Below are positions 27,083 through 36,394 of a stretch of 42,168 nt of DNA, piece after piece. A model generated the notes under the pieces. That model saw nothing but the letters and a program-made list of their open reading frames with translations, was not told the origin of the DNA and searched no databases. How positions within the stretch are numbered: the first letter of the stretch is position 1; the number at the start of each line of letters is the position of its first letter. Origin of the DNA: Campylobacterota bacterium (GTDB lineage Bacteria > Campylobacterota > Campylobacteria > Campylobacterales > Sulfurimonadaceae); NCBI GenBank assembly GCA_030836825.1, contig JAUPLR010000022.1, forward strand, positions 1 to 42,168, in the 5' to 3' direction. The position numbers were made by a program, and so were the translations under genes.

Positions 27083-27091
27083 ATTGTAGCA
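27083..27091 (-). promoter_or_regulatory. Extended -10 promoter (TGCTACAAT) for the TA pair
   Basis: TGnTACAAT about 30 nt upstream of the antitoxin ATG, just after the waaA stop. Confidence 0.55.
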
Positions 27092-27096
27092 TTAAT

Positions 27097-28248
27097 TTAT
27101 TTTAAACACTTCACCACTCTCTCTAAGTCGATCGTTTCATTAACCTGCGAAGGAGGCATTGATTCAGCGTTTGTAAGCGCCTTTGCAATATCCTCCGGTG
27201 CAACAAATTGCACATGATGGACATATTTAAACAGTTCGCGCTGTGAAAAAATATGTTCACCCGTAATAATTTTACATCCAAAATGAGCCGGTTCTAGAGG
27301 ATTGTGCCCGCCAATAGGGGCGAATCCTCCTCCGAGGATGGCTACATCACTGATTGCATAAAGATTATTAAGCTCTCCCATCGCATTAATCACTGTTATG
27401 TCATTGAGTAATTCTTGAGTCTCGCTCCAACGTGCCAAGCTCATCGCAGGTGCTACTTTTTGGATTAATCCGTATACTTTTTCAAATCGTTCCGGATGGC
27501 GCGGAACTACTAACAGTTTTGCGGTAGGGTTATGCTTCTTATAGGCTGCAAAACCTCTCACAATAGCTTCTTCTTCACCCTCATGGGTACTACCGGCTAC
27601 GATCAACGTGCAATCGGGCTTTACATAGCTCTGGGTGGCTACAATTTTCTGCGCCAGCTTTATGTTACCGAGCACTTCAACATTGGTAGCTCCCAAAGCA
27701 ATAAATCGAGCCATATCCTCAGCACTTTGGCAGAAAATACGATCACACTGCACTAACAATCGCTTGTAAAACCATCGCATCCGATAGTATTTCGGGAAAC
27801 TGCGCTCACTGATACGTGCATTCAACGCAATCACCCTTGCACCTCTACTATGCGCAATACGAAACAAAAGATACCAAAATTCTGCTTCCAAAACAACGAC
27901 CACTTTGGGTGTTCGTATCCAAATCCACAACCAAAATTCGTATGGAAGATACCGTACCTGTGCCGGATATTTCGATGCCGCTTCATACCCCGTATGAGTG
28001 ATGGTTGTAATGGCGATTTTAGCATTACCCAATAACTCGACTAACGGAGCAATCGCTTTTGCCTCACCCAACGAGCAGACATGAAACCAAATATCATGCG
28101 GTTTAAAAGAAGGATTCTTCCACAAAAAAAATCGAGCGGGAACCGAGTGACGATACTTTTTTTTAAGCGAGAGCAGAGTCAGAAAGGGGAAAGCCGCAAT
28201 AAAAAGAACTGCGGCTAAGAAGGTGTAGCAAAGGTCAAACACCTTCAC
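27097..28248 (-). CDS. waaA: 3-deoxy-D-manno-octulosonic acid (Kdo) transferase
   Basis: WFHVCSLGE, NARISERS, GNIK, AGSTHEGEE, VPRHPERF and GGHNPLEPA motifs. Confidence 0.96.
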   Translation of the reverse strand: MKVFDLCYTFLAAVLFIAAFPFLTLLSLKKKYRHSVPARFFLWKNPSFKPHDIWFHVCSLGEAKAIAPLVELLGNAKIAITTITHTGYEAASKYPAQVRYLPYEFWLWIWIRTPKVVVVLEAEFWYLLFRIAHSRGARVIALNARISERSFPKYYRMRWFYKRLLVQCDRIFCQSAEDMARFIALGATNVEVLGNIKLAQKIVATQSYVKPDCTLIVAGSTHEGEEEAIVRGFAAYKKHNPTAKLLVVPRHPERFEKVYGLIQKVAPAMSLARWSETQELLNDITVINAMGELNNLYAISDVAILGGGFAPIGGHNPLEPAHFGCKIITGEHIFSQRELFKYVHHVQFVAPEDIAKALTNAESMPPSQVNETIDLERVVKCLK

Positions 28249-28256
28249 AACAGGCT

Positions 28257-28982
28257 TTACGCCCCGATTTCTTCAGCATTAGGCTCAAGATACAGTAAAC
28301 GTCCACAATGCGGACAGGTTGTAATCTCTTCACCTTTGATAACTTCTGCGTATACTTTATCGCTAAGAGCCATGTAGCATCCCATACACGCTTGGTTGCG
28401 AACAGGAACCGCCGTCGTGTTTTTCGCCCAGCGACGAATCTTTTGGTAAAACGAAAGACCTTTTTGGTTCATTGCTGCAACCAAGATCTCTTTTTTCGCG
28501 AAAATGACCGTGCGGTCTGCATCGATTTTTGCCAATTTGACATCAACATCTGCTTTTACACCGGATAATTTTCCTTCGATTTCAGCTTCTTTTACCGAAA
28601 GCTCATCAATTTTTGCTTGCTTATGGGCAATCAATTTTTCCAAACGATCAATCTCTTCATTGGCGAAATTCACTTGCTCTTTTGCAATTTCTTCTTCAAG
28701 CTGAAGGGATTTCATCTCACGTTCAGTTTTAATCTCAGCGCTTTTCTTGCTATTTTCCTCCAATTTCGCGGACAGTTCAGCGAGGTGAAGCTCATTTTTT
28801 TGCTTCTTGATTTGTTCAGCTTTGATCTCTTGCGCAAGAATGGCAACGTCATTAACCACTGAGCTTTTCATCGCTAAAAGTGCGTCGTACTGTAGGTTTG
28901 CTTCTTCGATTTGCGGTTCGAACGCATCGATATCTTTGTCTATCAACGACAAGTCGATAAGCTGTTCTAAATGTTTGTTCAT
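28257..28982 (-). CDS. Coiled-coil plus C4 zinc-ribbon protein (CT398/HP0958-like)
   Basis: Long coiled coil, then CMGC...CPHCGRLLY; lies downstream of nif3 as usual. Confidence 0.9.
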   Translation of the reverse strand: MNKHLEQLIDLSLIDKDIDAFEPQIEEANLQYDALLAMKSSVVNDVAILAQEIKAEQIKKQKNELHLAELSAKLEENSKKSAEIKTEREMKSLQLEEEIAKEQVNFANEEIDRLEKLIAHKQAKIDELSVKEAEIEGKLSGVKADVDVKLAKIDADRTVIFAKKEILVAAMNQKGLSFYQKIRRWAKNTTAVPVRNQACMGCYMALSDKVYAEVIKGEEITTCPHCGRLLYLEPNAEEIGA

Positions 28983-29009
28983 AAGTTTCCTTTTCGGAGG
29001 TCCCTCTTC

Positions 29010-29732
29010 TCAACGATAGGTGAAGGGGTTTTTCGATGGTGAAATTATAACACTCAATCCTAATTTTTCCAAGTGTTGCGCCAAAACTTCCCCAAAATAA
29101 TGTTCACTCTCATAATGCCCAATGTCCATCATTGACAATCCCAATGCTTTTGCTTCCATTGCATCGTGATATTTAATGTCCCCTGTCAAAAAACAATCCG
29201 CTTCAATATTACGCATAAGTGACGCGCCTGAACCTGTCACCAACGCGCAGGTTTTGATGTGATCGTGGCACTGGACCGTGTGAATGTGTTTGAGTCCTAA
29301 TGCCATTTTTGTTTTTTGTGCAAACAACTCAAACGGTTCATCCACCCCCAAATACGCCACAAATCCCTCTTTTGCAATAATTTCATAGCCCAACACTTTG
29401 GTTGCAACGTATTCATTGAGATGGGTTTGATCAAAATTGGTGTGCATGGCAATGTTCGTGATATTTTTGCGTATCATCGGAGCAATCAGTTTCGCGGGGT
29501 ACTGATTAAATTTGAGTTGTTTTAGCCCTCCAAAAATAATGGGATGATGCGTGATAAGCAATGCGTTGTCCGGCATGAATTCTATCAAATCTTCATCCAT
29601 GTCAATCGAAACAATAATCGTCGTAATCTCTTGAGTAAAATCACCGATCAACAACCCTGAATTGTCCCAACTTTCTTGCAGTGCAAAAGGAGAAAGCGCA
29701 TCCAAAAAGGTATAAATTTCACGTACAGTCAT
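29010..29732 (-). CDS. Nif3-like dinuclear metal centre protein (YbgI/DUF34)
   Basis: QESWDNSGLL, THHPIIF, HTNFD, TGDIKYH and GHYESE motifs. Confidence 0.93.
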   Translation of the reverse strand: MTVREIYTFLDALSPFALQESWDNSGLLIGDFTQEITTIIVSIDMDEDLIEFMPDNALLITHHPIIFGGLKQLKFNQYPAKLIAPMIRKNITNIAMHTNFDQTHLNEYVATKVLGYEIIAKEGFVAYLGVDEPFELFAQKTKMALGLKHIHTVQCHDHIKTCALVTGSGASLMRNIEADCFLTGDIKYHDAMEAKALGLSMMDIGHYESEHYFGEVLAQHLEKLGLSVIISPSKNPFTYR

Positions 29733-29778
29733 CTCTCCCTACTCCTTTTTTTACGCTTTAGTCGAACTTGATTTTGGG

Positions 29779-30357
29779 TCATTGCGCTTTCCTTAGGTTT
29801 TCTAACGCTTCGCGCGCTTCGTTCATATCGCTGTCCAATTCTATGGCACGTAAATACAGGGCTTTGGCTTGCTCTTTTTCTCCTAAATCGACTAAAAGAT
29901 TGGCATAATTATAATACGTTACGGCATAAGTATCATCAATGCTAAGTGCTTTATCGTAATGCTCTTTTGCCAACAACAAAGAACCTTTGGTGCGATACAA
30001 AGAGGCGAGGGCATTGTGCACCAGATCATCCTTTTCCTCTACCTCTAAAGAGCGGTTATACAAATCAATCGCCAATTGAACGTCGCCCCTCTTCCCATGA
30101 ATAAATGCCAATTTATTTAAAATTTCCAGATTCTGCGGTTCCAAGAGATACGCTTGTCCCAGTTTTTCCTGTGCTGTTTTAAAATCTTCCCGCCCATAGG
30201 CGTCATCGGCTTCCTCGACCAGACCGCTTACGTCAACCGTTGTCGTTGATTGTTCATTGTCTTGAGGCAATGGCTCTTCAAGAGACTGGACATGATGAAA
30301 AATTTGGTATGCGAAATACAGGGTAACAGCAAACATAATAATGGCAAAAACGCTCAT
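29779..30357 (-). CDS. Membrane-anchored tetratricopeptide-repeat protein
   Basis: N-terminal hydrophobic helix and about 4 TPR-like repeats. Start ATG 30357 follows AAGGAG. Confidence 0.85.
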   Translation of the reverse strand: MSVFAIIMFAVTLYFAYQIFHHVQSLEEPLPQDNEQSTTTVDVSGLVEEADDAYGREDFKTAQEKLGQAYLLEPQNLEILNKLAFIHGKRGDVQLAIDLYNRSLEVEEKDDLVHNALASLYRTKGSLLLAKEHYDKALSIDDTYAVTYYNYANLLVDLGEKEQAKALYLRAIELDSDMNEAREALENLRKAQ

Positions 30358-30380
30358 AAAACTCCTTTTTGTAACCAAAG

Positions 30381-30386
30381 TATAAT
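30381..30386 (+). promoter_or_regulatory. Putative -10 box (TATAAT) for the ppk1 operon
   Basis: AGTATAAT 36 nt upstream of ATG 30423. Confidence 0.5.
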
Positions 30387-30422
30387 ATAATCACATAAAC
30401 ATAACAATAATGGTGTCCCAAA

Positions 30423-32522
30423 ATGGTCAATAATCTCAGAGATCCCGCTCATTATATCAACCGTGAGCTGTCATGGCTCCAATTTAACACTCGTGTTCTC
30501 AAGCAAGCGCAAGAAGAATCGTTACCTCTTTTTGAGCGTCTAAAATTTCTTGCTATTTATGGAACCAACCTCGATGAATTTTACATGATCCGTATTGCAG
30601 GTTTGAAAAAACTTTTTAGCGCCGGAGTTAATGTCTCGGGAGCTGATCGTCTTACTCCGCTGCATCAGCTTCGTGAAATACGTCAATATTTACATAACGA
30701 ACAGCAATCTGTTGAGCATTGCCTCCAAGGGATTATGGCAAAGCTTGAAAAAGAGGGGATTTTCTTTAAATCGTACAAAGAGGTTACGCAGGCGCAACGC
30801 CAAATTCTTAACCGCTATTTTTATGACAATATCTATCCCGTTATCGTACCCATTGCCGTTGATACTACGCATCCGTTTCCCCATCTGAACAATCTTAGCT
30901 TTGGGCTTATCCTCAAACTTCGAGACAAAGATGACGATACCGTTGAACGCTATGGAATCGTGCGGATTCCTCGCGTTCTACCGCGTTTTGTTGATATTAG
31001 CAATCGTATTTATGTCCCAATCGGAAGTGTCGTTGCCGAGCATATCCATGATCTGTTTCCTGGTTATGAGCTGATTAAATTCTCGGCATTTCGTATCACA
31101 CGAAACGCCGATATCGCCATAGAAGAGGAAGAAGCCGATGATTTTATGGAAATGCTCGAAGAGGGACTAAAGCTTCGTCAAAAAGGGGAAATTGTTCGCC
31201 TCGAACTGAGCAACCATGCCGATGATGATCTGCTTAACTTCTTCAACCGACATGCCAATGTTTTTAAAGACGATATTTATCGTTTTCAAACCTATCTCAA
31301 TCTAGGTGCTCTATGGCAAGTGGTTGGAAATAAGGATTTTGCCCATCTTACGAGTCCCAGTTTCAAACCACGCAATCTTCCTCCCCTAAACTCTGAAGAC
31401 AGCTTGTACACCATTCTCGATAAACAAGATTTACTGCTCTACCACCCATTTGAAAGTTTTGAACCCGTGGTTCGACTTATCCAGACGGCAGCAAAAGATC
31501 CCGATGTTGTTTCGATTCGTATGACCCTCTATCGCGCAGGCTCAAAATCAGTAATCGTCCAATCCCTCATAGCTGCCGCTGAATCGGGCAAGCAAGTCAC
31601 GGTTATGGTGGAGCTTAAAGCCCGCTTTGACGAAGAGAACAACCTTATTTGGGCAAAAGCACTTGAAAATGCGGGGGCGCATGTCATTTATGGCATTACC
31701 GGATTCAAAGTCCATGCCAAAGCGGCGCTCATCACCCGCCGCGTCGATGGAAAGCTCAAGCAATACGCCCACTTGGGAACAGGCAACTATAACCCCTCAA
31801 CAGCAACCGTCTACACGGACATCAGCTACATGACCTCCAATGATGCCATTACCCACGATATGACCCGCTTTTTTCACTTTCTCACCGGATTTAGTAAAAA
31901 GGGAAAGCTCAATGAACTTTATATGGCTCCGACACAAATAAAACCAAAAGTTCTCTCCCTTATCCAAAATGAAACGCGCATGGGCGCCGAGGGTGTTATC
32001 ATTGCTAAAATGAATTCACTTGTTGACGAAGATATTATCAAAGCGCTCTACAAAGCTTCCATTGCCGGAGTTAAAATTCAACTCATTATCCGTGGAATTT
32101 GTTGTCTTCGTCCCGGAGTCCCGGGAATCAGTGAAAACATCCGTGTTACCTCGATCATTGGGAAATATCTTGAACATGCCCGTATCTTTTATTTTAAACA
32201 CTCGAAGCCGCAGACCTATATCAGCAGTGCCGATTGGATGCCGCGTAATCTCGTACGCAGGATTGAACTGCTTACCCCCATTGAGGGAGAAGAAATTTCC
32301 GCGAAATTGCTTCAAATCTTGCAACTGCAGGTATCGGATAATGTCCTAGCCTATGAGCTTCAAAACGATGGTTCCTATGCGCAAGTGACACACGAAACCA
32401 GCAGTGTTATCAACAGCCATCAAATTGTGGAGACCCATACCACTAAAGTCTATAATTCAACAAAAAAACAAGCCCCAAATTATGCTCAACAACTCACCGC
32501 ACGCCTCTTCAAAGAGAGCTAA
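30423..32522 (+). CDS. ppk1: Polyphosphate kinase 1
   Basis: INRELSWLQFN, NLDEFYMIR, HPFP, ELKARFDEENN, KVHAK phospho-His and SSADWMPRNL motifs. Confidence 0.97.
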   Translation: MVNNLRDPAHYINRELSWLQFNTRVLKQAQEESLPLFERLKFLAIYGTNLDEFYMIRIAGLKKLFSAGVNVSGADRLTPLHQLREIRQYLHNEQQSVEHCLQGIMAKLEKEGIFFKSYKEVTQAQRQILNRYFYDNIYPVIVPIAVDTTHPFPHLNNLSFGLILKLRDKDDDTVERYGIVRIPRVLPRFVDISNRIYVPIGSVVAEHIHDLFPGYELIKFSAFRITRNADIAIEEEEADDFMEMLEEGLKLRQKGEIVRLELSNHADDDLLNFFNRHANVFKDDIYRFQTYLNLGALWQVVGNKDFAHLTSPSFKPRNLPPLNSEDSLYTILDKQDLLLYHPFESFEPVVRLIQTAAKDPDVVSIRMTLYRAGSKSVIVQSLIAAAESGKQVTVMVELKARFDEENNLIWAKALENAGAHVIYGITGFKVHAKAALITRRVDGKLKQYAHLGTGNYNPSTATVYTDISYMTSNDAITHDMTRFFHFLTGFSKKGKLNELYMAPTQIKPKVLSLIQNETRMGAEGVIIAKMNSLVDEDIIKALYKASIAGVKIQLIIRGICCLRPGVPGISENIRVTSIIGKYLEHARIFYFKHSKPQTYISSADWMPRNLVRRIELLTPIEGEEISAKLLQILQLQVSDNVLAYELQNDGSYAQVTHETSSVINSHQIVETHTTKVYNSTKKQAPNYAQQLTARLFKES

Positions 32523-32534
32523 GAAGGATATTTT

Positions 32535-33071
32535 ATGATCAGCAACTACTTACACTATGTTCCGCAGATGCAAGACCGCGTTTGGATTGCTCCTTCTGCG
32601 GATGTTATCGGACGCGTTACGATGGGGGAGGACGTCAGCATTTGGTTTGGCTGTGTGGTGCGCGGCGATGTCCACTTCATCACTATCGGTGATCGTACCA
32701 ATATCCAAGATCTCAGCATGATACACATAACCCATCACAAGCTTGACGATATGAGCGACGGATACCCAACGGTTATCGGAAATGATGTTACCGTAGGACA
32801 TCGCGTTATGCTGCATGGCTGTACCATTGAGGATGCGTGCTTGATCGGCATGAGCGCTACGATCTTGGATGGTGCCGTTATCGGTAAAGAATCCATTGTG
32901 GGGGCAGGCGCACTCGTCACCAAGAACAAAGTTTTTCCCCCACGCTCCCTCATCATGGGAAGCCCTGCAAAAGTCGTTCGGGAACTCACCGACAAAGAAG
33001 TGGCAGAACTGTATGCCTCGGCAAAACGGTACGTAACCTTCAAAGAAAATTATCGCGCACCCAATGTCTGA
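32535..33071 (+). CDS. Gamma-carbonic anhydrase family protein (YrdA-like hexapeptide repeat)
   Basis: VVRGDV, TNIQD..IH and TVGHRVMLHGC zinc-binding His pattern; left-handed beta-helix repeats. Confidence 0.92.
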   Translation: MISNYLHYVPQMQDRVWIAPSADVIGRVTMGEDVSIWFGCVVRGDVHFITIGDRTNIQDLSMIHITHHKLDDMSDGYPTVIGNDVTVGHRVMLHGCTIEDACLIGMSATILDGAVIGKESIVGAGALVTKNKVFPPRSLIMGSPAKVVRELTDKEVAELYASAKRYVTFKENYRAPNV

Positions 33072-33693
33072 TTTTAATCTTGTCGTTGTTGCTGATATTT
33101 TAGGAATTATTGCCTTTGCTTTAAGCGGATTTCTCATTGGTGTTCGTCACAAGCTCGATCTTCTAGGAATTATTATCGCGGCTTCCATAACCGCATTAGG
33201 CGGCGGTGTGGTTCGAGATGCGATTCTCAATCGTACTCCGTTTGCCTTCACCGAATACTATCCCGCCATCACCGTAATCTCCACGATTGCAGTAGCGTTT
33301 GTTTTTCGTCTCTATCGCAGTGAAAAATTGGAAAGAAAAAGGCTCTTTGTCATCAGCGATACGATTGGATTGGTTGCCTTTAGCATCACGGGAGCGTTGC
33401 TGGCTATGGATGCAAATTTTAATTTTTTCGGTGTCCTTATTCTGAGCTTCTTAACCGCGGTCGGAGGAGGTGTTATACGTGACACTATGATCAATCAAGT
33501 CCCCTCAGTCCTCATCAGTGATTTCTATGGCTCCATCGCCCTCATTGTTGCAATCTTGTTGCTTGTCAGCAATAAACTATGGGGAGTCGGTACGCCCCAA
33601 GTTGCCCTCATCGCTACTTTTGCCATCATGTTACGCCTACTCGCCTATTACAAACAATGGCATTTACCAAAACTATCACCGGATGTCTCATGA
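33064..33693 (+). CDS. TRIC-channel/UPF0126 (YadS-like) membrane protein
   Basis: Duplicated motifs TALGGGVVRD and TAVGGGVIRD; about 7 TM segments. Confidence 0.92.
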   Translation: MSDFNLVVVADILGIIAFALSGFLIGVRHKLDLLGIIIAASITALGGGVVRDAILNRTPFAFTEYYPAITVISTIAVAFVFRLYRSEKLERKRLFVISDTIGLVAFSITGALLAMDANFNFFGVLILSFLTAVGGGVIRDTMINQVPSVLISDFYGSIALIVAILLLVSNKLWGVGTPQVALIATFAIMLRLLAYYKQWHLPKLSPDVS

Positions 33694-34559
33694 AAATATT
33701 TCGTAAACTTTTCCTCATCCTTGCCCTTTTAGGGATACTTGATATTGGTCGCTATTTTCTCTATCCCGATATTAATGCCCTAAAAGAGAGTCCTCCTGTC
33801 CCCACGGCGTTTATGCAATACCGTGAAGATGAATGGGCTCAGCAAAACCGCGACATGCACATCACGCATAAATGGGTGAAGATGAAAAACATCTCTCCCA
33901 ATGTCATCAAAGCCGTCTTGATCGGTGAGGATGACGGTTTTTGGAAACATGACGGTTTTGATGTCAAAGGGATGGAAAATGCAATCGAACGCAGTATCAA
34001 AAAAGGGACGCTTGCAGGGGGAAGCACCATCAGCCAACAGCTTTCCAAAAATCTTTACCTCTCTCCGAGTAAAAATCCCGTCCGTAAAATAAAAGAGGCG
34101 ATTATCACGTGGCGTATCGAAAAAACGCTCACCAAACGCCGGATTTTAGAAATTTACCTCAATGTCGCTGAATGGGGTGATGGAATATTTGGTATTGAAG
34201 CAGCTGCTCGTCACTACTACCACAAAAGTGCCAAAAATCTAACCGCAAAGGAAGCCTCACGCCTCGCCGCTGTATTGCCCAATCCAATCAGATACAATCC
34301 GACCGGAAATCAAAAATACGTCAAAAATCGTTCTCGTATCCTATTAAAAATCATGCAACGACGGGGGGTAATTCAAACCATTTACAAAGAGGTAATGACC
34401 GCGCCAAAAGAGGAGAGTGCCCCCTCACCTGAGCTAAACATGACAGAAGAACCGCTCTTTACGATTCCTAGCGAGGACATTGCTGATGATACGGTTGAAT
34501 CTTCTGAACCAATAACCCAGCCAACACTGCCCTCCGTGCTAGAAAGCGATACTCCCTAG
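33690..34559 (+). CDS. mtgA: Monofunctional peptidoglycan transglycosylase
   Basis: GT51 motifs EDDGFWKHDG, GGSTISQQLSKN, RKIKE and ILEIYLNVAEWG. Start ATG 33690 (ATGA overlap); acidic/Pro-rich tail. Confidence 0.9.
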   Translation: MKIFRKLFLILALLGILDIGRYFLYPDINALKESPPVPTAFMQYREDEWAQQNRDMHITHKWVKMKNISPNVIKAVLIGEDDGFWKHDGFDVKGMENAIERSIKKGTLAGGSTISQQLSKNLYLSPSKNPVRKIKEAIITWRIEKTLTKRRILEIYLNVAEWGDGIFGIEAAARHYYHKSAKNLTAKEASRLAAVLPNPIRYNPTGNQKYVKNRSRILLKIMQRRGVIQTIYKEVMTAPKEESAPSPELNMTEEPLFTIPSEDIADDTVESSEPITQPTLPSVLESDTP

Positions 34560-34595
34560 ATTCATGCTATCTCCCGCGATAATTTTTATTTTGGA

Positions 34596-35612
34596 TTAAA
34601 CAATCCAACCGCCGCCGAGAAGCTTGTCCCCGTCATAAAAGACCCCTGCCTGTCCTGAGGCAACACCTAAAACAGGCGTTTCAAGTTTTACGGTCGCGCG
34701 ATCTGCATGTATGACCACACGACAATTGACCGCTTCGGTACGATAGCGAAGCTTCACGGTGCATGCTAGCTCTTTGCGCTCATCAAACATATTAATATTT
34801 TCCAATTCAACTTCATAACATTCCAATGCTTCACGTGGTCCGACCACTATTTGATTGGTTTTTGGTTTAATCTCAACCACAAAATGAGGGTCATGTGCCC
34901 CGTGCACTGTAAAACCTTTACGCTTGCCGATTGTGTAGTGCATATAACCCTTGTGTTTTCCAATGACCTTGCCCTCTAAGTCGAGAACTTCACCCTCTTG
35001 ATCCACATTAACATACGGTTTTAACACATCTGCATAGGTGGTTTCTACAAAACATATTTCACTCGATTCACCCTGCGATGCAAACGATTCTAGTCCTTGG
35101 ATACCAGCAGCGTACGCCTTAATATCAACTTTATGTTTGTCACCTAATGGGAAAAGAAGGCGCGATACCAATGAAGGATTTATATAAAAAAGAAAATAGC
35201 TTTGATCTTTGGTGTCGTCATGCGCTTGGAGTAAATACTGCCCATCATGCCGTATGTAATGTCCCGTTGCAACGTATTGAGCGCCTATCTCATCCGCAAA
35301 ATCCACCATAGCACCGAATTTTATATTGCGATTGCACAGCGCGCACGGATTGGGGGTTTTCCCCTCCTGATAGGTTTGAATAAACGGGGTAAAAACTTTT
35401 TCATTGAATTTTTCTTGCAAATCCAAAATATGCAATTTTACACCGGCAAACTCCGCCGCCTTTTGCGCTCGTGCTTGATGGATCTCATGGTAACCCGGCT
35501 TAGAGTGAAGCTTCATATAAACGCCTTCTACCTCATAGCCTTGCTCTTTTAGCAACAGCGTCGATACGGTTGAATCGACACCGCCGCTCATCCCGATCAA
35601 TACTTTTTTCAT
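34596..35612 (-). CDS. mnmA: tRNA-specific 2-thiouridylase
   Basis: SGGVDS, TPNPC, ATGHY, KDQSYFL and YTIGKRKG motifs. Confidence 0.96.
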   Translation of the reverse strand: MKKVLIGMSGGVDSTVSTLLLKEQGYEVEGVYMKLHSKPGYHEIHQARAQKAAEFAGVKLHILDLQEKFNEKVFTPFIQTYQEGKTPNPCALCNRNIKFGAMVDFADEIGAQYVATGHYIRHDGQYLLQAHDDTKDQSYFLFYINPSLVSRLLFPLGDKHKVDIKAYAAGIQGLESFASQGESSEICFVETTYADVLKPYVNVDQEGEVLDLEGKVIGKHKGYMHYTIGKRKGFTVHGAHDPHFVVEIKPKTNQIVVGPREALECYEVELENINMFDERKELACTVKLRYRTEAVNCRVVIHADRATVKLETPVLGVASGQAGVFYDGDKLLGGGWIV

Positions 35613-36391
35613 AAACTGCTGCTTCCTTCCAATCCGCAGTGGCCTGCAGTATGCGTTGACAATGCTTGATAATATTTTGTATTCGCCAATCCCTCTTTTT
35701 TCATCATTGCTAATTGAGAAACCAGCGATTTTTCAATTTCCTCAACCACATAATCAAGATCATCCGTCAGGTTAATAAACCTCATATCGTCTGGATCAAT
35801 CATCCCCTCACCGAGCATTTTATCTCGTATAAACGCAACAAGCGGGGTATAAAATTCTGTTCCCACGACAAAAAGACGCACGCCCCATACTTTTTTTGTT
35901 TGAATCAAGGTCAACGCTTCAAACATCTCATCGAGTGTTCCAAATCCCCCCGGAAAAATAACGTACGCCATAGAATACTTAACCAACATTACTTTTCGAG
36001 AGAAAAAATAATCAAAACTTCTCCCTTTTGTAATGTACGGGTTTGGCTGCTGTTCTGAGGGAAGTTCGATATTAAGACCGATCGATTCAACTTCCTCATG
36101 ATTAAAAGCGCCGCGGTTTGCCGCTTCCATAATTCCTGGGCCGCCCCCCGTAATTATGTTGTATCCATGCGCTCCAAGCATGTCCGATAATTGCAGGGCT
36201 TGCTTATAATAAGGATGGTTTTCATCGGTACGCGCACTTCCAAAAATGGTAACCGAAGGACCCAAGTCCCCTAATTCGTCAAATCCTTGTACAAAATCGG
36301 CAATAATTTTAAAAACACTCCATACGTCTCCCGATTTGATATCCTTGACGTATCGACTGCTTTGATACTCTTTTTTTCTACCTCTTGGCAT
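35609..36391 (-). CDS. LOG-family (TIGR00730) nucleotide phosphoribohydrolase
   Basis: IFGSAR, TGGGPGIMEAANRGA and PGGFGTLDE motifs. Confidence 0.92.
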   Translation of the reverse strand: MPRGRKKEYQSSRYVKDIKSGDVWSVFKIIADFVQGFDELGDLGPSVTIFGSARTDENHPYYKQALQLSDMLGAHGYNIITGGGPGIMEAANRGAFNHEEVESIGLNIELPSEQQPNPYITKGRSFDYFFSRKVMLVKYSMAYVIFPGGFGTLDEMFEALTLIQTKKVWGVRLFVVGTEFYTPLVAFIRDKMLGEGMIDPDDMRFINLTDDLDYVVEEIEKSLVSQLAMMKKEGLANTKYYQALSTHTAGHCGLEGSSSL

Positions 36392-36394
36392 TCA

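Noticed and set aside
32550-33137. 195 aa antisense ORF over the gamma-CA gene
   Set aside because: Fully opposite a well-supported CDS, a common artefact with hexapeptide-repeat genes.
33579-33689. Extended ORF-track starts (mtgA 33579; also secF 9838, yajC 11716, uvrD 17515, rimM 23603, TPR 30378)
   Set aside because: Longest-ORF artefacts; downstream ATGs have better SD, coupling or promoter context.
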